Part shown: positions 27,776 to 41,429 of the stretch, piece by piece
How positions within the stretch are numbered: the stretch's first letter is position 1
How the letters are laid out: every line of letters starts with the position of its first letter
Source of the DNA: Tubulanus polymorphus
Taxonomy: Eukaryota > Animalia > Nemertea
NCBI RefSeq assembly: GCF_964204645.1
Contig: NC_134034.1
Coordinates: forward strand, 6,918,914 to 6,982,913
Reading direction: 5' to 3'
DNA: 64,000 nucleotides
Notes under the pieces: generated by a model
Seen by the model: the letters and a program-made list of their open reading frames with translations, nothing else
Told to the model about the DNA's origin: nothing
Databases searched by the model: none
Position numbers and translations under genes: made by a program

Positions 27776-28726
27776 ACATTTGATTTATTTAATAAATCTT
27801 TTTCTCCTTTACTCGAGTTTTCCAGTGGTTATTACTTGGTTGACCTATTTTGCATCATCTCACCACCAATATAAGTCTTTAAACTGACTCCTGAAATGGA
27901 ATAATCTTAACTGAACCTTAATTGATTACAAAGAACTATTCACACATTGATGAGATGTGTTACTTGTTTGCCAATCTATGTAACTATTCCTTATAAGTTT
28001 TTTTTGAATAAATGAATTCTGGTTTTTAAATTCTTTTAATCTGTGAATAGTGGGATTTTATCTTATTATCCGTTCACAACGTTTGAGTGTGGTTATCGTT
28101 CTATTCCTAATAAGACTGTTTCTTCGAACCTCAGGACTCTCAAGTCCTCTTGTTAGAATGGTCAATGGTTTGTTTTTCTACCCTTCCTACCTAAACGGAT
28201 ACAGTCCAGATTTGACGATGCTACTGATTTATTGTAACATTCTTTTAGTTGTTGTAGTTGTTGTTGAGTAATTGGCCATTTTTCCAAAAAAACTATGTAA
28301 TTACAGGCAGGAAATTAAAATGAGGGGGAACCAATAAACTTTTGGGCATAGGTTCCCTGCTTTACAGGAACATCGCCTGCACCATCATCATCCATTTCGA
28401 AGGATTTCAGATGTCTGTGTTACTGGCATTATCTATTGCCCCTTATTGCTATGCATTGTAACATATCAAAATTGCAAGTGTGAAATGAATAAGAATAATG
28501 GCACCAGAATTATCAGGGGGCTCCAATCTATTTCATGTAACAAATGATCAGGGCTTGGTAAACAAGCGATAACTAAGATAATGGAAACAGGCACTGTTGC
28601 CATGGTAATTAATTGCTATTTGAACCTTTTTTGGGGTCAAATCCAGAGAACTTTATCTACACACACACACGTCAAATCAAAGAATATCAATCATTTAACG
28701 ATTGAATTAAAAATTAAAGAAAATCA

Positions 28727-29936
28727 TTCGTCCGTCCGTCCGTAGACGGAATCCAGTTATTTTGGGAAGTTTTGAAGACGCTTCAAGGTAATGTCTTGAT
28801 ATTTGGGTTACACATGTATCTACCCTAGACACATCTTCAGCCCAAAAACTGGCCCTGTCAGATTCAAGATGGCCGACTGGCAGCCATTGTTGTTCGCCAA
28901 AATCAGCACTTTTTACACATTTTTGACCTTTTTGAGGGAAATTTTGAAGACGCTTTGATCAATTACCTTGATCTTTCGGATATATGTGAATTCCCCCAGG
29001 GCCCATCGGCATAACAAAAATTGGGTCGATCGGATTCAAGATGGCCGTCCTTTGACCTTTTTAGTGCCCAAAAACGTTAATATTGGCCCAAATTCTGAAT
29101 CCTGTAGCTTCCTACTGGTTTATCATTTCTCATTGCAATTTGTGATGGGTATTCTTTGGAAAAGGATGTTTTATACCTGAGACAGGTATTTTTCATCAGC
29201 CAATTATGACGCAATTGGCGGCCATCTTGGTGTCAGCAGTACTCATTCGTAAGTGGGAAAAAGTTTTTCCACATTATATTGATACCTAAGCGTATTTTGT
29301 TACCACAATCATTTAGAAAGTTGCAGCTCATAACATGTTCTATGATTGTGGTGAGTTTCGAGGTCATTGGTTTTTGTATATGGCCACCAGGGGGGGTTGA
29401 ATAATGCAATATCTTAGTATTTCTATGTTATATTCGTATCAATGCATATTTTGTAACCACAATCAATCGCATAGTTGTAGCTCATGACATCATCTATGAT
29501 TGTGGCAAGTTTTAAGGCCATTAGTTATTCTATATGGTCACCAGGGGGCGTTGAATAGTAGAATAACCTAGTATTTCCTTATTATATTGGTACCTAGGCA
29601 GATTTTGTTACCATGATCAATTACAAAGTTATAGTTCGTGACATGTTCTATGATTGTGGTGAGTTTCAAGGTCATTGGGTTTTTGAATATGGTCACCAGG
29701 GGGCGTTGAATAGTAGAGTAACTTAGTATTTCCATATTTAAGTGGTAACGAGGCATATTTTGTTATCACAATCAATTACAAAATCGTCGCTGCTGACATG
29801 TTCTATGATTGTGGTGAGTTTCAAGGTCATTGGATTCTGTATATGGTCACCAGGGGGCGTTGAATATTGAAATTGTTGGATTGTTGAGCATTTGGAACCA
29901 CTTCCCAAGTGGGCATGGTGTCCCTGGATCCCTAGT
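28727..29936 (+). mobile_element. HINE-like family copy (same family as 15745-16755)
   Basis: Runs from the (TCCG)n microsatellite through ~151-bp units to the cccaagtgggcatggtgtccctggatccc end. Confidence 0.8.
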
Positions 29937-30468
29937 TACTTATAGCACAATGACAATAACAAAAAAAAATTCCCCTATTTGACAGGTACTCCAACAAAAA
30001 CCATTGCTATGGCAACTAAGACAACAAAAGAAAAAAACGCAACATGATTTTTCTGACTCGTCATGGTATCTTGAATCTGAAACTGGTTGTTGCCAAGCTC
30101 TAACATAGATTTCCCACTCAAGTGAATTGCCTCCAGACTATTAGGGGGATACTGGAGTTGAGCACCTAGGACCTTTAATTTTTCCTTGTTGTTGCTTTAC
30201 TTTATGGATTTGTCAGTTGAGGTGGGAAATATAATGACATGGTAGTTGGCATCATGGTATCATGTCTTATGAATATTAGTTATCATTACAACATGAAATA
30301 GTACTATGAAACATTCATCTCTAGGCTTTCGGGGAACATAAGTTGGTTTAGAATTAAAGAATTAATAACCTACTATCCTCTGTGTAAAATGCTCTCAGCA
30401 AACTATAGAGTTGGGAAGCATTCTGGATTTTGAAAAAAATTGAAAATTATTCTTTTTTTCATCATCAG

Positions 30469-30609
30469 GTTTGTGTTTGGAGAGAACAGAAATCTGAACT
30501 AATGGAACTTGCAGCTGCAGTTGAAAGAAAGCGTAAAGAGAAAGAAGAACACAACTATTTAAAGGAACTAGAAGGACAACGAAGACGTAGGGTTATAGAA
30601 AAAATGAAG
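30469..30609 (+). CDS. CCDC148: CCDC148-like internal exon C
   Basis: Polypyrimidine tract plus cag| acceptor and |gtagga donor; 141 bp, phase 0-0. Encodes VCVWREQKSELMELAAAVERKRKEKEEHNYLKELEGQRRRRVIEKMK (inside ORF 30430..30654). Confidence 0.85.
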
Positions 30610-33600
30610 GTAGGATGCTTGTGCACACTTTTCCAAACCATCTACATATTCTAGAAGTTTCATGAGTGAAGATCGCAGGCAATACTGGATCATAAAACCT
30701 TTCTGAACAGTTTAAAGCATTCATTCATACAGTCAAATCCGCTAAATCTTATTGATATTATCGGTTAGGTTAATCAGATACTGTTAATCTGTATTCCGTC
30801 ATAATTTTCTGGTCCAAATGTCACTTTCCTATGTATATTTCCTTTGAGTACTGTACCCTTTCCTATGGTCTTTGCAAATAATTTCTAAATTTGGATTGAT
30901 CGCCAATGGATCTATGCGACCTGGCTCTGTGGTATTGCATTCAGCCACTCGGGATTATTCGTTTCAATCTGAATTAATTCATAAGGGATTTAGGATGAAG
31001 GAGACTTTGCTGCTGTCTTTTTTTCTTTTTTTACCTTAGGTTAAGGATTGACCCTGTTATTTATTTGATTGTTAGACCCACCACCCCTGCCTGGAACAAA
31101 ATGCAGGATTTTTTCCAGGAGGGGGTTCATAAAAAATATTAATGTTAAACTGCCGACTAAAATCTCTAATGATAGCAGGGTCCTATAAGACATATTGTTT
31201 GGCCAAACATAAGATGATATGGTTCCGATAATGCGGTACTGTCCGCCCACTTTGTCTTAAGTACATTCTTTCAAGAAAACAATTACAAAAATTTTATGAT
31301 AGTTGACTGCTCGCGACCCCTGAAATCTGGATCTGCGCCTAAGGGGGTTTGATTTTGAAAATGGAAATCGAAGTACAGATATAAGTGTGGTATCTCAACT
31401 CAAGCACAAACACCAACGACTTCTTCAGAACAGATCACGTTTTATTTAAAAATGTGAACAGCGGCTGACAGCCATCTCTAATTACATCATCAATTACAAC
31501 CGATAGGGCGCACTGCCGTATATAACATTGTATTAACCCATTAATCTCAAATACACTACAATAAGGTAGTTGTTTGATCGGCGGGCGAGTTGATAGAATT
31601 TCTCGGGTAGATGTTGATGTAAAATTCATCTAAGTTGAAAGTCCCGCGTGTTGACTAGATGAAAGGAAATCATCCAAAGTGAAGTTATATGACATCAGCG
31701 GTGCAGCTTCGGTGAGGATGGGTCTCTCCGTCAACTGATGCAGTTGGCCCATCACATCTGGTGATGAGTTTGCTTAAAAGTGAAAGTTGTACATGGGGGC
31801 AGTTTTGTGTTTATGGTATACAGTGCATATACTTGCGCTCTCTTTACGGTGAGTCCTTTTGGTTTGGGGCTTCCCTATTTAATTTTACATTGTTTGGTAA
31901 GTTAATTCAGCTAATTCAAAACCAATATTAATCAAGAAACGAGCTGGACACCAATAGGCCACCACCAGGCCTCCTTCCGTCCGTGATTTTGATGATGATG
32001 ATGATGACGACGACGACGACGACGAAATTTATCGTACTGTGAAGTTTCTCATTTTTAAACTGCGTCTTTCCTGGAAGAACTAACTGTAGACCGTGATAAT
32101 TGGAGTATTAGATATCTATTAAACTGAATATTTAATTTGGTTGTATTTTGAATGCAATAATGCTGCTCCCTGCTTAAGGCCAACATCGTGGTGGTTACGG
32201 ATGAGGTCATCTGTTCAGGGCCTGGGACAATCAAGTTCTGTTTTCGTCCTGTCGGGCAAAATCGGACATTGTTTGCTCAAGGGATAATCCTTGCAGGACT
32301 TATGAGGTTTGGTCGGAAGATCTTTGCATTCGGACTGACAAATCCCGGAACAGAAAGATCATTGGCAGAGATTCCTCAGTTTCGGCTGACGGGCTCACTG
32401 TAGAGCTATTGGCTCTATTAAGCGTATAAACGGAGCAGTCGCTGGCTGTACTAGCATGGTCAGCTTCCCAATTCTGTTCTGGAGTTACTACAGGTAAGCC
32501 TATTCCTGATTGCCTGTTAGGTCACTAGCCCACTCATTTATTCGGAATTTTGACACTGAATTCCTGGATGCTGGGGTAGGGTCTTATTTCAATGAGGATT
32601 TAGTCCCAGAGGTGGCAATTCCTTCTGGCTCGTAACACGGTTAGCCATGCCTTATCTCTGTGCCGTTCATTTTTATCTGATCCTGCGGGGAACATGCCAT
32701 TTTATGATCAGTGAGTTAGCAACTCGCGCTAAACCCTCGGTGGCTCATCTTGTCGGCAAGTTTCTTGTCCGCCGTTACAAGAGAATGGGCTCGATTAGAT
32801 ACGCAATTATGGGGGAAAATTCGCCGTTTTCATATCCTCCCTCCAACAGGGCATTAAATCTGGGAAATATTTTAGTTCGATGGATTGACCTATAGGGGCA
32901 TTTTGCTCGGCTTATTAGGCGACTCCATGTGCTGTGGATCATGTTCACTGGATACTGGATCATGTTCAGCCCGGATACTGGTTTAGCACTGTCGGGTAGT
33001 TCTCTGCCTTAGTCTGGTCTGGGGGCGACAACGTCAATCCTGGACGTATCGGCCCCACTCCGCGCAGTTTTTACGCGAAGCAGCAAACACAAACATGGCC
33101 ACTCTCTCAATTTTCAATGATAGAAATCGTGTGTGTTCAATTATTTCGGCTGTTAGAGTTTTAAGGCACAATATAAGTTGATGATGTGATATGGCGATGT
33201 TAATTAATGATAATTCCGCAGTGAAGCTAGTCACCAACGGTGCCGATTGAGTGTACAGCTGCCAAAAACACTGAAATGTGCGTAGTTGCATAACTATTTG
33301 CAGTGAATTGCAGACGAAACATGAAGCCTTAACGGCCGTTTAAAAAAGAATTATACCAATCGCAATTGTAAAATAAAAATGAGATAGAACCTAAGTTAAA
33401 ATTCTGGCCATTTCTAAAGTGTTATTACTAATTTTTAGTCAGTGCCAAACGTTTAGTTTTCCAACAACAATGAGGGGTGGTAGGTAGTCATGCAATTCAA
33501 GTCATCATTTATTACACGTTACTTCCGTGTTGTTGAAAATCTCGCGAGTCCTGGACCAAACCCAATTGAACAATGTGATCTGTGTGCTGGCCACAAATGC

Positions 33601-35750
33601 ACACAGATCACACTACACTACCCATTACACACTCCAGTACCCACAGCTTTCATATATCCATCCAAATATTAAGAGTGTCTTTCTTCCTGGATATCCTTAC
33701 AAGGGTAGGTTTGTTCCAGCATATAACAGTTTTGACAATTGAGCTATGCGAAACTCGCCCTTGTCCATGGTACCTCCGACCCAGAGTCAGTTTCCAGGAA
33801 AATAGAGGGAATGCAGTGTTCTCTGGGCCACCCTGCTAAAATTTAATGCCGCCCTGCTAAAAACTCAGAGCCCTACCTAATGTTTTTACTGCCCTGCTTA
33901 ATTTTTTTTCGGTTTCGTTGTGGTATGCGTAATTTACGGGAAGCTAAATCACGATGTGCCTACATTGTTGTGAAATCGGATGCGTAAAATGTTCAAGTAG
34001 TTGGAACGTAGCCAACGATAACGGCGGTGTGTAGAATGATTGGCAGCTCAGTGTTCGGAGCCTACTATCAGTATCTACAAGAGCGCGCGCTGCATATGGC
34101 AAGCGTCTCTGATCAATAAAGTTTGTTTAGCGTCTGTGGATCATCAATACATGTATGCGCAAATAAAGTTTTTTTTGTTGACTGCATCATTGATATTGTG
34201 TCATATATATCTAGTAGGATTTTCTTTGAGCTGAGTAAAGGTAACACATCAAAAAAGCAGCCAAAAAAGTGATATGTAGCGGTGATAGTTAACATCAACG
34301 TGAGTGTGACAGTGTATTCATATCCCTGGCCAAGTGCCAAGTACCTGGTTTCCTGGAAAACTACAACTAAGCCACGTGTTGAGGCATGTTCTTCTCACTA
34401 CACGCTGCGCTGCCTCGGCGCTGTTGCTTGTAAAATATCTTATCTTATATGTCCCATTTGATTTCATCAAAACCATTTGATTTCATCAAAATAGATTTTA
34501 CGCTTCAAAATCGTCTCGCTTTATTTTCTAAAAAAATTGCATGTAAGTGTTCATGCATTCATTCTCTCCAGGGCGTAGATCATTGTCAGTTTCTCTAAAA
34601 ATAGACAACCATCATAGTAACTGAGCCACTCGCCCAGTTTTCGTTGATAGATTTATTGTGATATTTGGCGTCCAGCATTAAAACCATCTGTGACTTCATG
34701 AATTCCAGTATGATTTTCTGTCTCAGACACTCTGAGTGGCGTTAAATTTTAAAATTTTCTTGAGGGAAGGCCCCCAATCAACGCGTCATCATTGAAGAAC
34801 AAGGATGGGTTTCGGGTCAGGCTGATCTTATTTTTGCCTCCCGCAGTCAATTATGGGCACCAGTTCCAAAGCTAGTCTTACGTTGTTGAGAGCTCTGTTC
34901 TTCCCGTCTCTTCTGTTGGTGTGTTCCTGTATTTCCGTTGAATTGAGGAAGATTCAAGAGATCCAAACCAAGTCCACCATGTGTACTCCATGGAAGAAGT
35001 GCTCTGATCCGGCTCCGGCGACGCAAGGTTCGGCCCGGACTCTGGCAGAGCCAGCTCAAGCTTCGGATCAAGTGCCATCTGGTCATAACAGTTCCAGTGC
35101 GTATCAGGGCATGGGGAAGGCTCCAAAAAGGGCTCTTTCGGAAAAACTAAAAATGAATTCTCGGGACCAGTTGGATGTTGTCTGCAACAGGCAGCCACCC
35201 ACTGGTCCGACCTTTTCGCAGACATGTAGCCCTCCCGAGTCATCTCACGCAGCTCCCGTGTCAGTTTCTTATGGCGACCGAGCCAGCTACGACTATCCTG
35301 ACATATATACATATTTTACGACGAATTAAAAATTTAAGTAATAAATGTACGATTTAATTCTTCAATTTTAATGATACCATAAACTGTTATCATACTATGT
35401 AGTTGTGACTAAGAAACTAATTTCATCAATAAATGTTTACGGATTAATTCTTCGATCAATAAACTAGACTCCACTTGAGTCGGATCTCATCTTGGGACTG
35501 TAATAATATGACCGTCGAGTGATATCCGTGTTGGATGTTATGTATTTTATAAAAATTGTTCAAAAAAATTCCCAATCGAACGCAAAACTTAAACTATGCA
35601 CGACTAGAACGAAGACCTATGCACTTTCACAAAACTTTCTTCACACATGGAATTATTCATGTAACCACTTCGGGGAAGCTCCAGCTACGACTATCCTGAC
35701 AAATGTACGTATTTACGATGAATAAAACGAAGTTTTCATCTATATGGCAC

Positions 35751-36203
35751 ATAAACTGTCATCATACTACGTTGTCATGGCTGATACAATATTTGCACCA
35801 ATAAATAGTTACGATTTTATTCTTCTATCAATACTCTAGACTCCACTCGAGTCGGATTTCATCTTTGGACCGTAATAAAATTTTTCAACAAACATCTCGT
35901 GTCGAACGGTTATCCAGGTTGATCGTTTCCTGATCAAGCGAAGTCCGCAGTACACGTTTATGTGTCAAACGTTTATGTCGTTTATGTGTATAAACTGTCA
36001 TCATACTACGTTGTCTTGGCTAATACAATATTTGCACCAATAAATAGTTACGATTTTATTCTTCTATCAATACTCTAGACTCCACTCGAGTCGGATTTCA
36101 TCTTTGGACCGTAATAAAATTTTTCAACAAACATCTCGTGTCGAACGGTTATCCAGGTTGATCGTTTCCTGATCAAGCGAAGTCCGCAGTACACGTTTAT
36201 GTG
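35751..36203 (+). repeat. Near-identical 239-bp-period tandem duplication within a larger degenerate repeat block (35283-36390)
   Basis: Units start at 35751 and 35990; ccagctacgactatcctgaca recurs at 35283 and 35682; hairpin at 36241-36334. Confidence 0.85.
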
Positions 36204-37569
36204 GCTAAGAAATTCCTCGCCATTAACAAAATTGAACTGGGTGCATAGGTCTTCGTTTTAGTAGTGCATAGTTTTAGTAATGCTCACACACGCAAAATCA
36301 AAACTATGCATGACTAAAACGAAGATCTATGCACTTATACAAAACTTCCTTCAAACATGGAATAATTCATGTAACCACTTCTGGGAAGCTCCCATTTCCA
36401 ACAATAGGGTACCCGCATGAACAGCTATCCACCAGATGGCGTGACGAGCAGTAGATTATCTGTTGTCAAATCAGCTCATTTTCAATCAACTTTGAACTGG
36501 ATTTTTGTTACTCCCAAATTATCACAAATACAATGTCTATCATAAAATACTGTCACAAAAAGTCTGTCACAAATACTGTCATTCTTATACTGAAACTCTG
36601 ATATCGGTATAGTTTTCATTAATATTTGATTTGTTTTAGATTCAATTGATATGTAGAACAGTTCGAACGTGGACGAACATACGTATATATGCATAAACAT
36701 ATGAATTGAGGCACTTGGACTGAAAAATCTGTTCCATTCAATTTGAAAAAAGAAATGTACTGTTTGTCATAAATTGCGTTCAAATGTAGGAAAAACCACG
36801 ATCATCAATAGTTTTGTTTATATGTGATAGCCAAGGGCTTTCAAATTTATCCAATTGATACAAATTGAAAGATATTTATAAAGAATTGAATTAAGTATGC
36901 TTTCCTTTCCAGTTACCGGTTTGACCCAAAAATTAATCACCGTGCGTCTAACGTCTATAAACCTAGATGTGATAATACTTGTAAGTTGCGAGAATATTTT
37001 GTCACATTAAAATGCACAGAAGAAACAATGAGTATTTTCTAAAATCAATATTTTCATATCCCCAGATCTTACACCAGTACATGGCTATAGGAGCGACACA
37101 CATATCAAATAATTCAAACATAACATCAATGGGGAGTTTTGACGTCTGCCTTTTGAGTGATCGAAAACATAGCTCTTATTAATTTATCGTGAAGATACTG
37201 TTTTGCCTCAGCAAAGTTACGATTGCACCAAAATGTTACTCCAAGCTGTACATATTCTTCAACTACTTCTAAGTCTTCTCAAATCGCTAAACATTAATTT
37301 CTAAATCGGTGACGGTCAGTGCTTCTAAATTGTCAGTCAACTTTCGTAATCATAGCCATGATGTATATAATGGGGTACCCCCAACGCTACTGTGGCAATT
37401 GAGGATTCCATGTATGGCAGGCGAGGATCCGCTAGGTTTGCTAGTGGTTACTCGGTTACCACACTTCAATGTCTTCTACATTTCAATTTAATTTGAGTCC
37501 ACTTTTCTCATTTGTAAACCAAATTCTAATAAAACTATACCGTACACTTATTGGGTATAGCATAGATAT

Positions 37570-37995
37570 TCTGTCAAAATGTAACAACAAATATACCCGT
37601 CAGACTTTCATTTTTTACCCGTAAAAACTAAACATCGAAATTTACTCGTCAACTCAACTTAAATACTCGTCGAAATGTCGTATTTGAAGTGTCAAATACG
37701 ATCTCACATATTCTGACAAAACGAAATCGCTATCGTTGATATTCTGTCAAAACTGAATGTTCATTTGACGCGTCAAAAACGGTATCGTAGAATTCTGTCA
37801 AAATTAAAACTTCATATTTGCCAATCGCCCATCAAACACAAAGTATTTATCCGTCAAAAACATTGTATTTACCCATCAAAAACATTGTATTTACCCGCCA
37901 AAACCAATGATTTTACCTGTCAAACACATCGATTTTACCTGTCAAACACATTGTATTTACCCGTCAAAAATATCTTGTTTTTACCCATCAAATTA
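37570..37995 (+). repeat. Degenerate minisatellite (tttacccgtcaaa / attctgtcaaaa units, ~21 bp)
   Basis: The motif recurs more than 12 times. Confidence 0.7.
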
Positions 37996-39158
37996 TGCAT
38001 CAAGTTACATATTTGGAGGAATATCTGGACCTCAAATATCAATTTTTGAAGACGCTTCAATGGATTGGCCTCATATTCTTTTTCGCCAAAATTAGCACTA
38101 TTCGCTGATTTTTTAGGGAAATTTTGAAGACTCCTCGACCTTTATCTTTTACATATATTTCAGTATAGAATACATGCAATATGAGCTTTTGCGCGAACTG
38201 TTACTCGCGCGAGCATTCTACGAATTCAGCGCTTTGCGCGAGGTGAAACTATCGACGGGAGCCGTTCGAGTACGCGAGCTTTAAATCACCACTCCGCCCC
38301 GTTCGAGTGCGCAAGCTTTAAACCACCACTCCGCCCCGTTCTAGTACGCAAGATTTTTTGAGAACATTTTCATACGCAAATACGATATTCAGATATTTTA
38401 TGAACATGTTTGATGAACATTTTACGCCTAAGTTGCACGGATTTAGGAAAACCCACAACCATGTATATTCATGATGAATCATCATAGGCCTATGACGGTA
38501 CTACAAGTAATGCTGAGATCGTCTCAATTGACTGACGGATTGACGGATTGCCATAAAAACAGCAATTTTTATTTCCCCATCTTACTTTTCTGCAAGAAGT
38601 CATAAAAATTATCTTCGTGCATATATATTTGAAATTTTGAATAATGCGTTATATAGAAAAATGGTTTTCATTTAAAAAATAAAAAATAAAAAACCACCGT
38701 CCTCGACATTTCCAACTAAGCCGCGAGTTTTCAGTATTTTTAACTTACACAGCTCGTAGAATCGTATATATGTTAATCGTGGAATCAAGATGCAAATTGT
38801 GGTGAATTTTAGTGGGAACTAGACGCCATGATGAATCATTTAACCCTCTAACTTGATTAGTCATTCTTGTATTTGGCTCGGCGAACTAATTTAACAAATT
38901 AATCCTAAACAAAAAGACATATTTTGCAAATGTAGTGGGAACTACTAATTTTTAATAGCCGCCGCCGCAAATTGTGACTGAATGATTATGCCCCTAAATG
39001 CGTAATTAGATTAAACCATACATTGTCATCTCTCCCTGATTTTCAATATAAATTCTTAAGCCTTGAATTATAAACCTTAATATACATTCAACCTTCCAAA
39101 CGAAAAGACTACATTTTATAGCTCCTTGAAATACATTCCAATACGTACACGTGTGATA

Positions 39159-41350
39159 ATGAATGCTGCGGCGCGTAAGGCATGGCAACAGGTCGAAAAA
39201 GCAGTTAAAAGATACGCAGAGGTTACCAAAAACGAAGTTGCAGCTTTGTGTTTTTTTGGAAACCAATCTCAAAAGATTGAGAGTGTTTTGACTGGGACTA
39301 GCGATTTAATGCAGGAATTAAACGAAAAAAGTGGCGAAATCTTGGAGAATATGAATAAAAGAAAAGGTGATGACCGTGATGGAGTGATATTGTCATGTGA
39401 AAAAATTTGCCTGCCGGATGTGAAGAAAATTTATGGAAGATCGTTATGCGATTTGAACAGCAATGAAGTTCGAGGATTTTGCGCTAATTTAGTATTCACG
39501 AGCAGAAAACTCTTAGGAAGGATAGCTAACAATCCGAAATGGGGTGACGAATCGCAACGTTTACCCTGGTGGCCTGAAACACTGGAATGGAAAAATCCCC
39601 GGTGTGATTTCAGACCAAAAAATCAGCGTGATATAACATTTGCAGAAGCTATACGCAAAGTTTGTGGAGCTGCTTATCAGTTCCATGAAGTATCTCAACT
39701 AACCGGTAAGAAGTTTTTTATGTAATAATATTTAATGACATTATTTTTTTCATGAGGCCTTTCATTTAGTTCGGACAATTAGAATACATATAATTAGTAT
39801 CTTCAAGAAGTGATATAAAAGCGGTGGATAAATTTAATTAATATCATAAACATATTTACCTGTGAACCTAATTTAGCAAACTAAGGGAGCAGTGAGATAT
39901 AACCATCGTAAATTTAACTATACGCATTTAATTTTAGACTGCCTTTTTCATGATCAAAAAAGTTGGTCTCAATATACATGTAACAATGTTGAAATATATG
40001 TCCACTTCTCAACAGGCAATGACATTACAGCAGAACTGACACCGCCTTTTTCATGATTAAAAAAGTTGGTCTCAATATACATGTAACAATGTTGAAATAT
40101 ATGTCCACTTCTCAACAGGCAATGACATTACAGCAGAACTGACACGGCTTTCAGAAAATTCGTCATTCGTTTCTGTATTACCAGCACCAGTTGAATTCGC
40201 AGATGTACCAGAGACTGAATTCGCAGATGTACCAGAGACAAGTAAGTAACACAGGAGACTTGTTTGACATTAGTTGGGCTATTTATTCTAATGTTTTGGA
40301 TGTTCAAATAATAACTAAAAATTCATTCGAGAAAATTATAATTTATTATTTACATTTGAATTCTATAATGATTTAAAAGGATGAGGAAAATACCCGTACA
40401 GAAAAAAACATAATTTTTACATTAGCAATTGCTGGACAAAACTTTATTGGTATATTTAACTAATAATGTAAATTATTTCTTTGTCTACGTTTTTCAGCCA
40501 AAAGCTCGTCATGTAACACAAGTGCTGTAAATCATCTGCCTCAATCATCATTTCAACTCAGCAAGTCCATGATTATAGAAACAATTGAAAATGGCAACAT
40601 AAGTGACATCTTGAAGCTGAACGTAACAGAAATATCAGGTAAATGAATACACTAATGCCTAATAACATTTTTCCAAACTGCAGCAAGATATTCTTTACAG
40701 TATATACAAATACATTTTTCTGAATTAACCTTCAAAAATCTAAAGTTCTGATCTATATACATGTCGATATTCTACTGATTATAAAAATGTATGAATTCTA
40801 TAATGAAAATAATGTAAATTATTTCTTTGTCTACGTATTTTATCCGAGAGCTCGTCATGTAACCCAAGTGCTGTCAATCATCTGCCTCCATCATTTCAAC
40901 TCGGCGAGTCCATGATTATGGAAACAATTGAAAATGGCAACATAAGTGACATCTTGAAGCTGAACGTAACAGAAATATCAGGTAAATAAATACATTAATG
41001 CCTAATAACATTTTTCTTCAAAAATCTAAAGTTCAGATCTATATACATGTCAATATTTTAAAAATTATAAAAATGTATGAAATAATAAAATTCAACTTAT
41101 GAATGAAATTATCAATTAAATAATTGTATGAGTTCATGAAATAATAATTTTCTAAATAGCCAGGATGAACGAATATGATGGACCTGAAATCCTAAGCCGC
41201 ACAACAGATGATGTTTATGAAGACAGTAGCTCGAAAGGTGATAAAGCCGTCAGCAAAACATCAATAACAACAGAAACTAAACGCCCTAACAGGAAGAGGA
41301 AACCAACAGAGAAAATGTCCGAGTACTTGAAGAAGCGCAAAGTTCTGTAA
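39159..41350 (+). CDS. Transposon-borne protein with an NRF1/EWG-like DNA-binding domain; exons 39159-39705, 40119-40241, 40498-40638, 41160-41350 (333 aa)
   Basis: All introns GT-AG and phase 1; 1002 nt open to TAA; AATAAA at 41362. NPKWGDESQRLPWWPETLEWKNPRCDFR...ITFAEAIRKVCGAAYQFH resembles NRF1 PGWGKESCKPIWWPEDIPWANVRSDVR...VSWTQALRTIVKNCYKQH. Basic C-terminus RPNRKRKPTEK...KKRK. Confidence 0.75.
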
Positions 41351-41429
41351 ATACATGTATCAATAAAACAATTAAAATATTCATATTTCCTTGATGTAAT
41401 AGAATCAATATTTGAGGAAAGGTACTTTA

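Noticed and set aside
27780-28290. LINE ORF1-like fragment on the - strand
   Set aside because: Only a weak CIRLGRK motif; too decayed to support a call.
39126-39725. Calling the + gene the host NRF1/ewg orthologue
   Set aside because: It is far too diverged from the highly conserved NRF1 DBD, lacks the conserved NLS region, and sits inside transposon termini.
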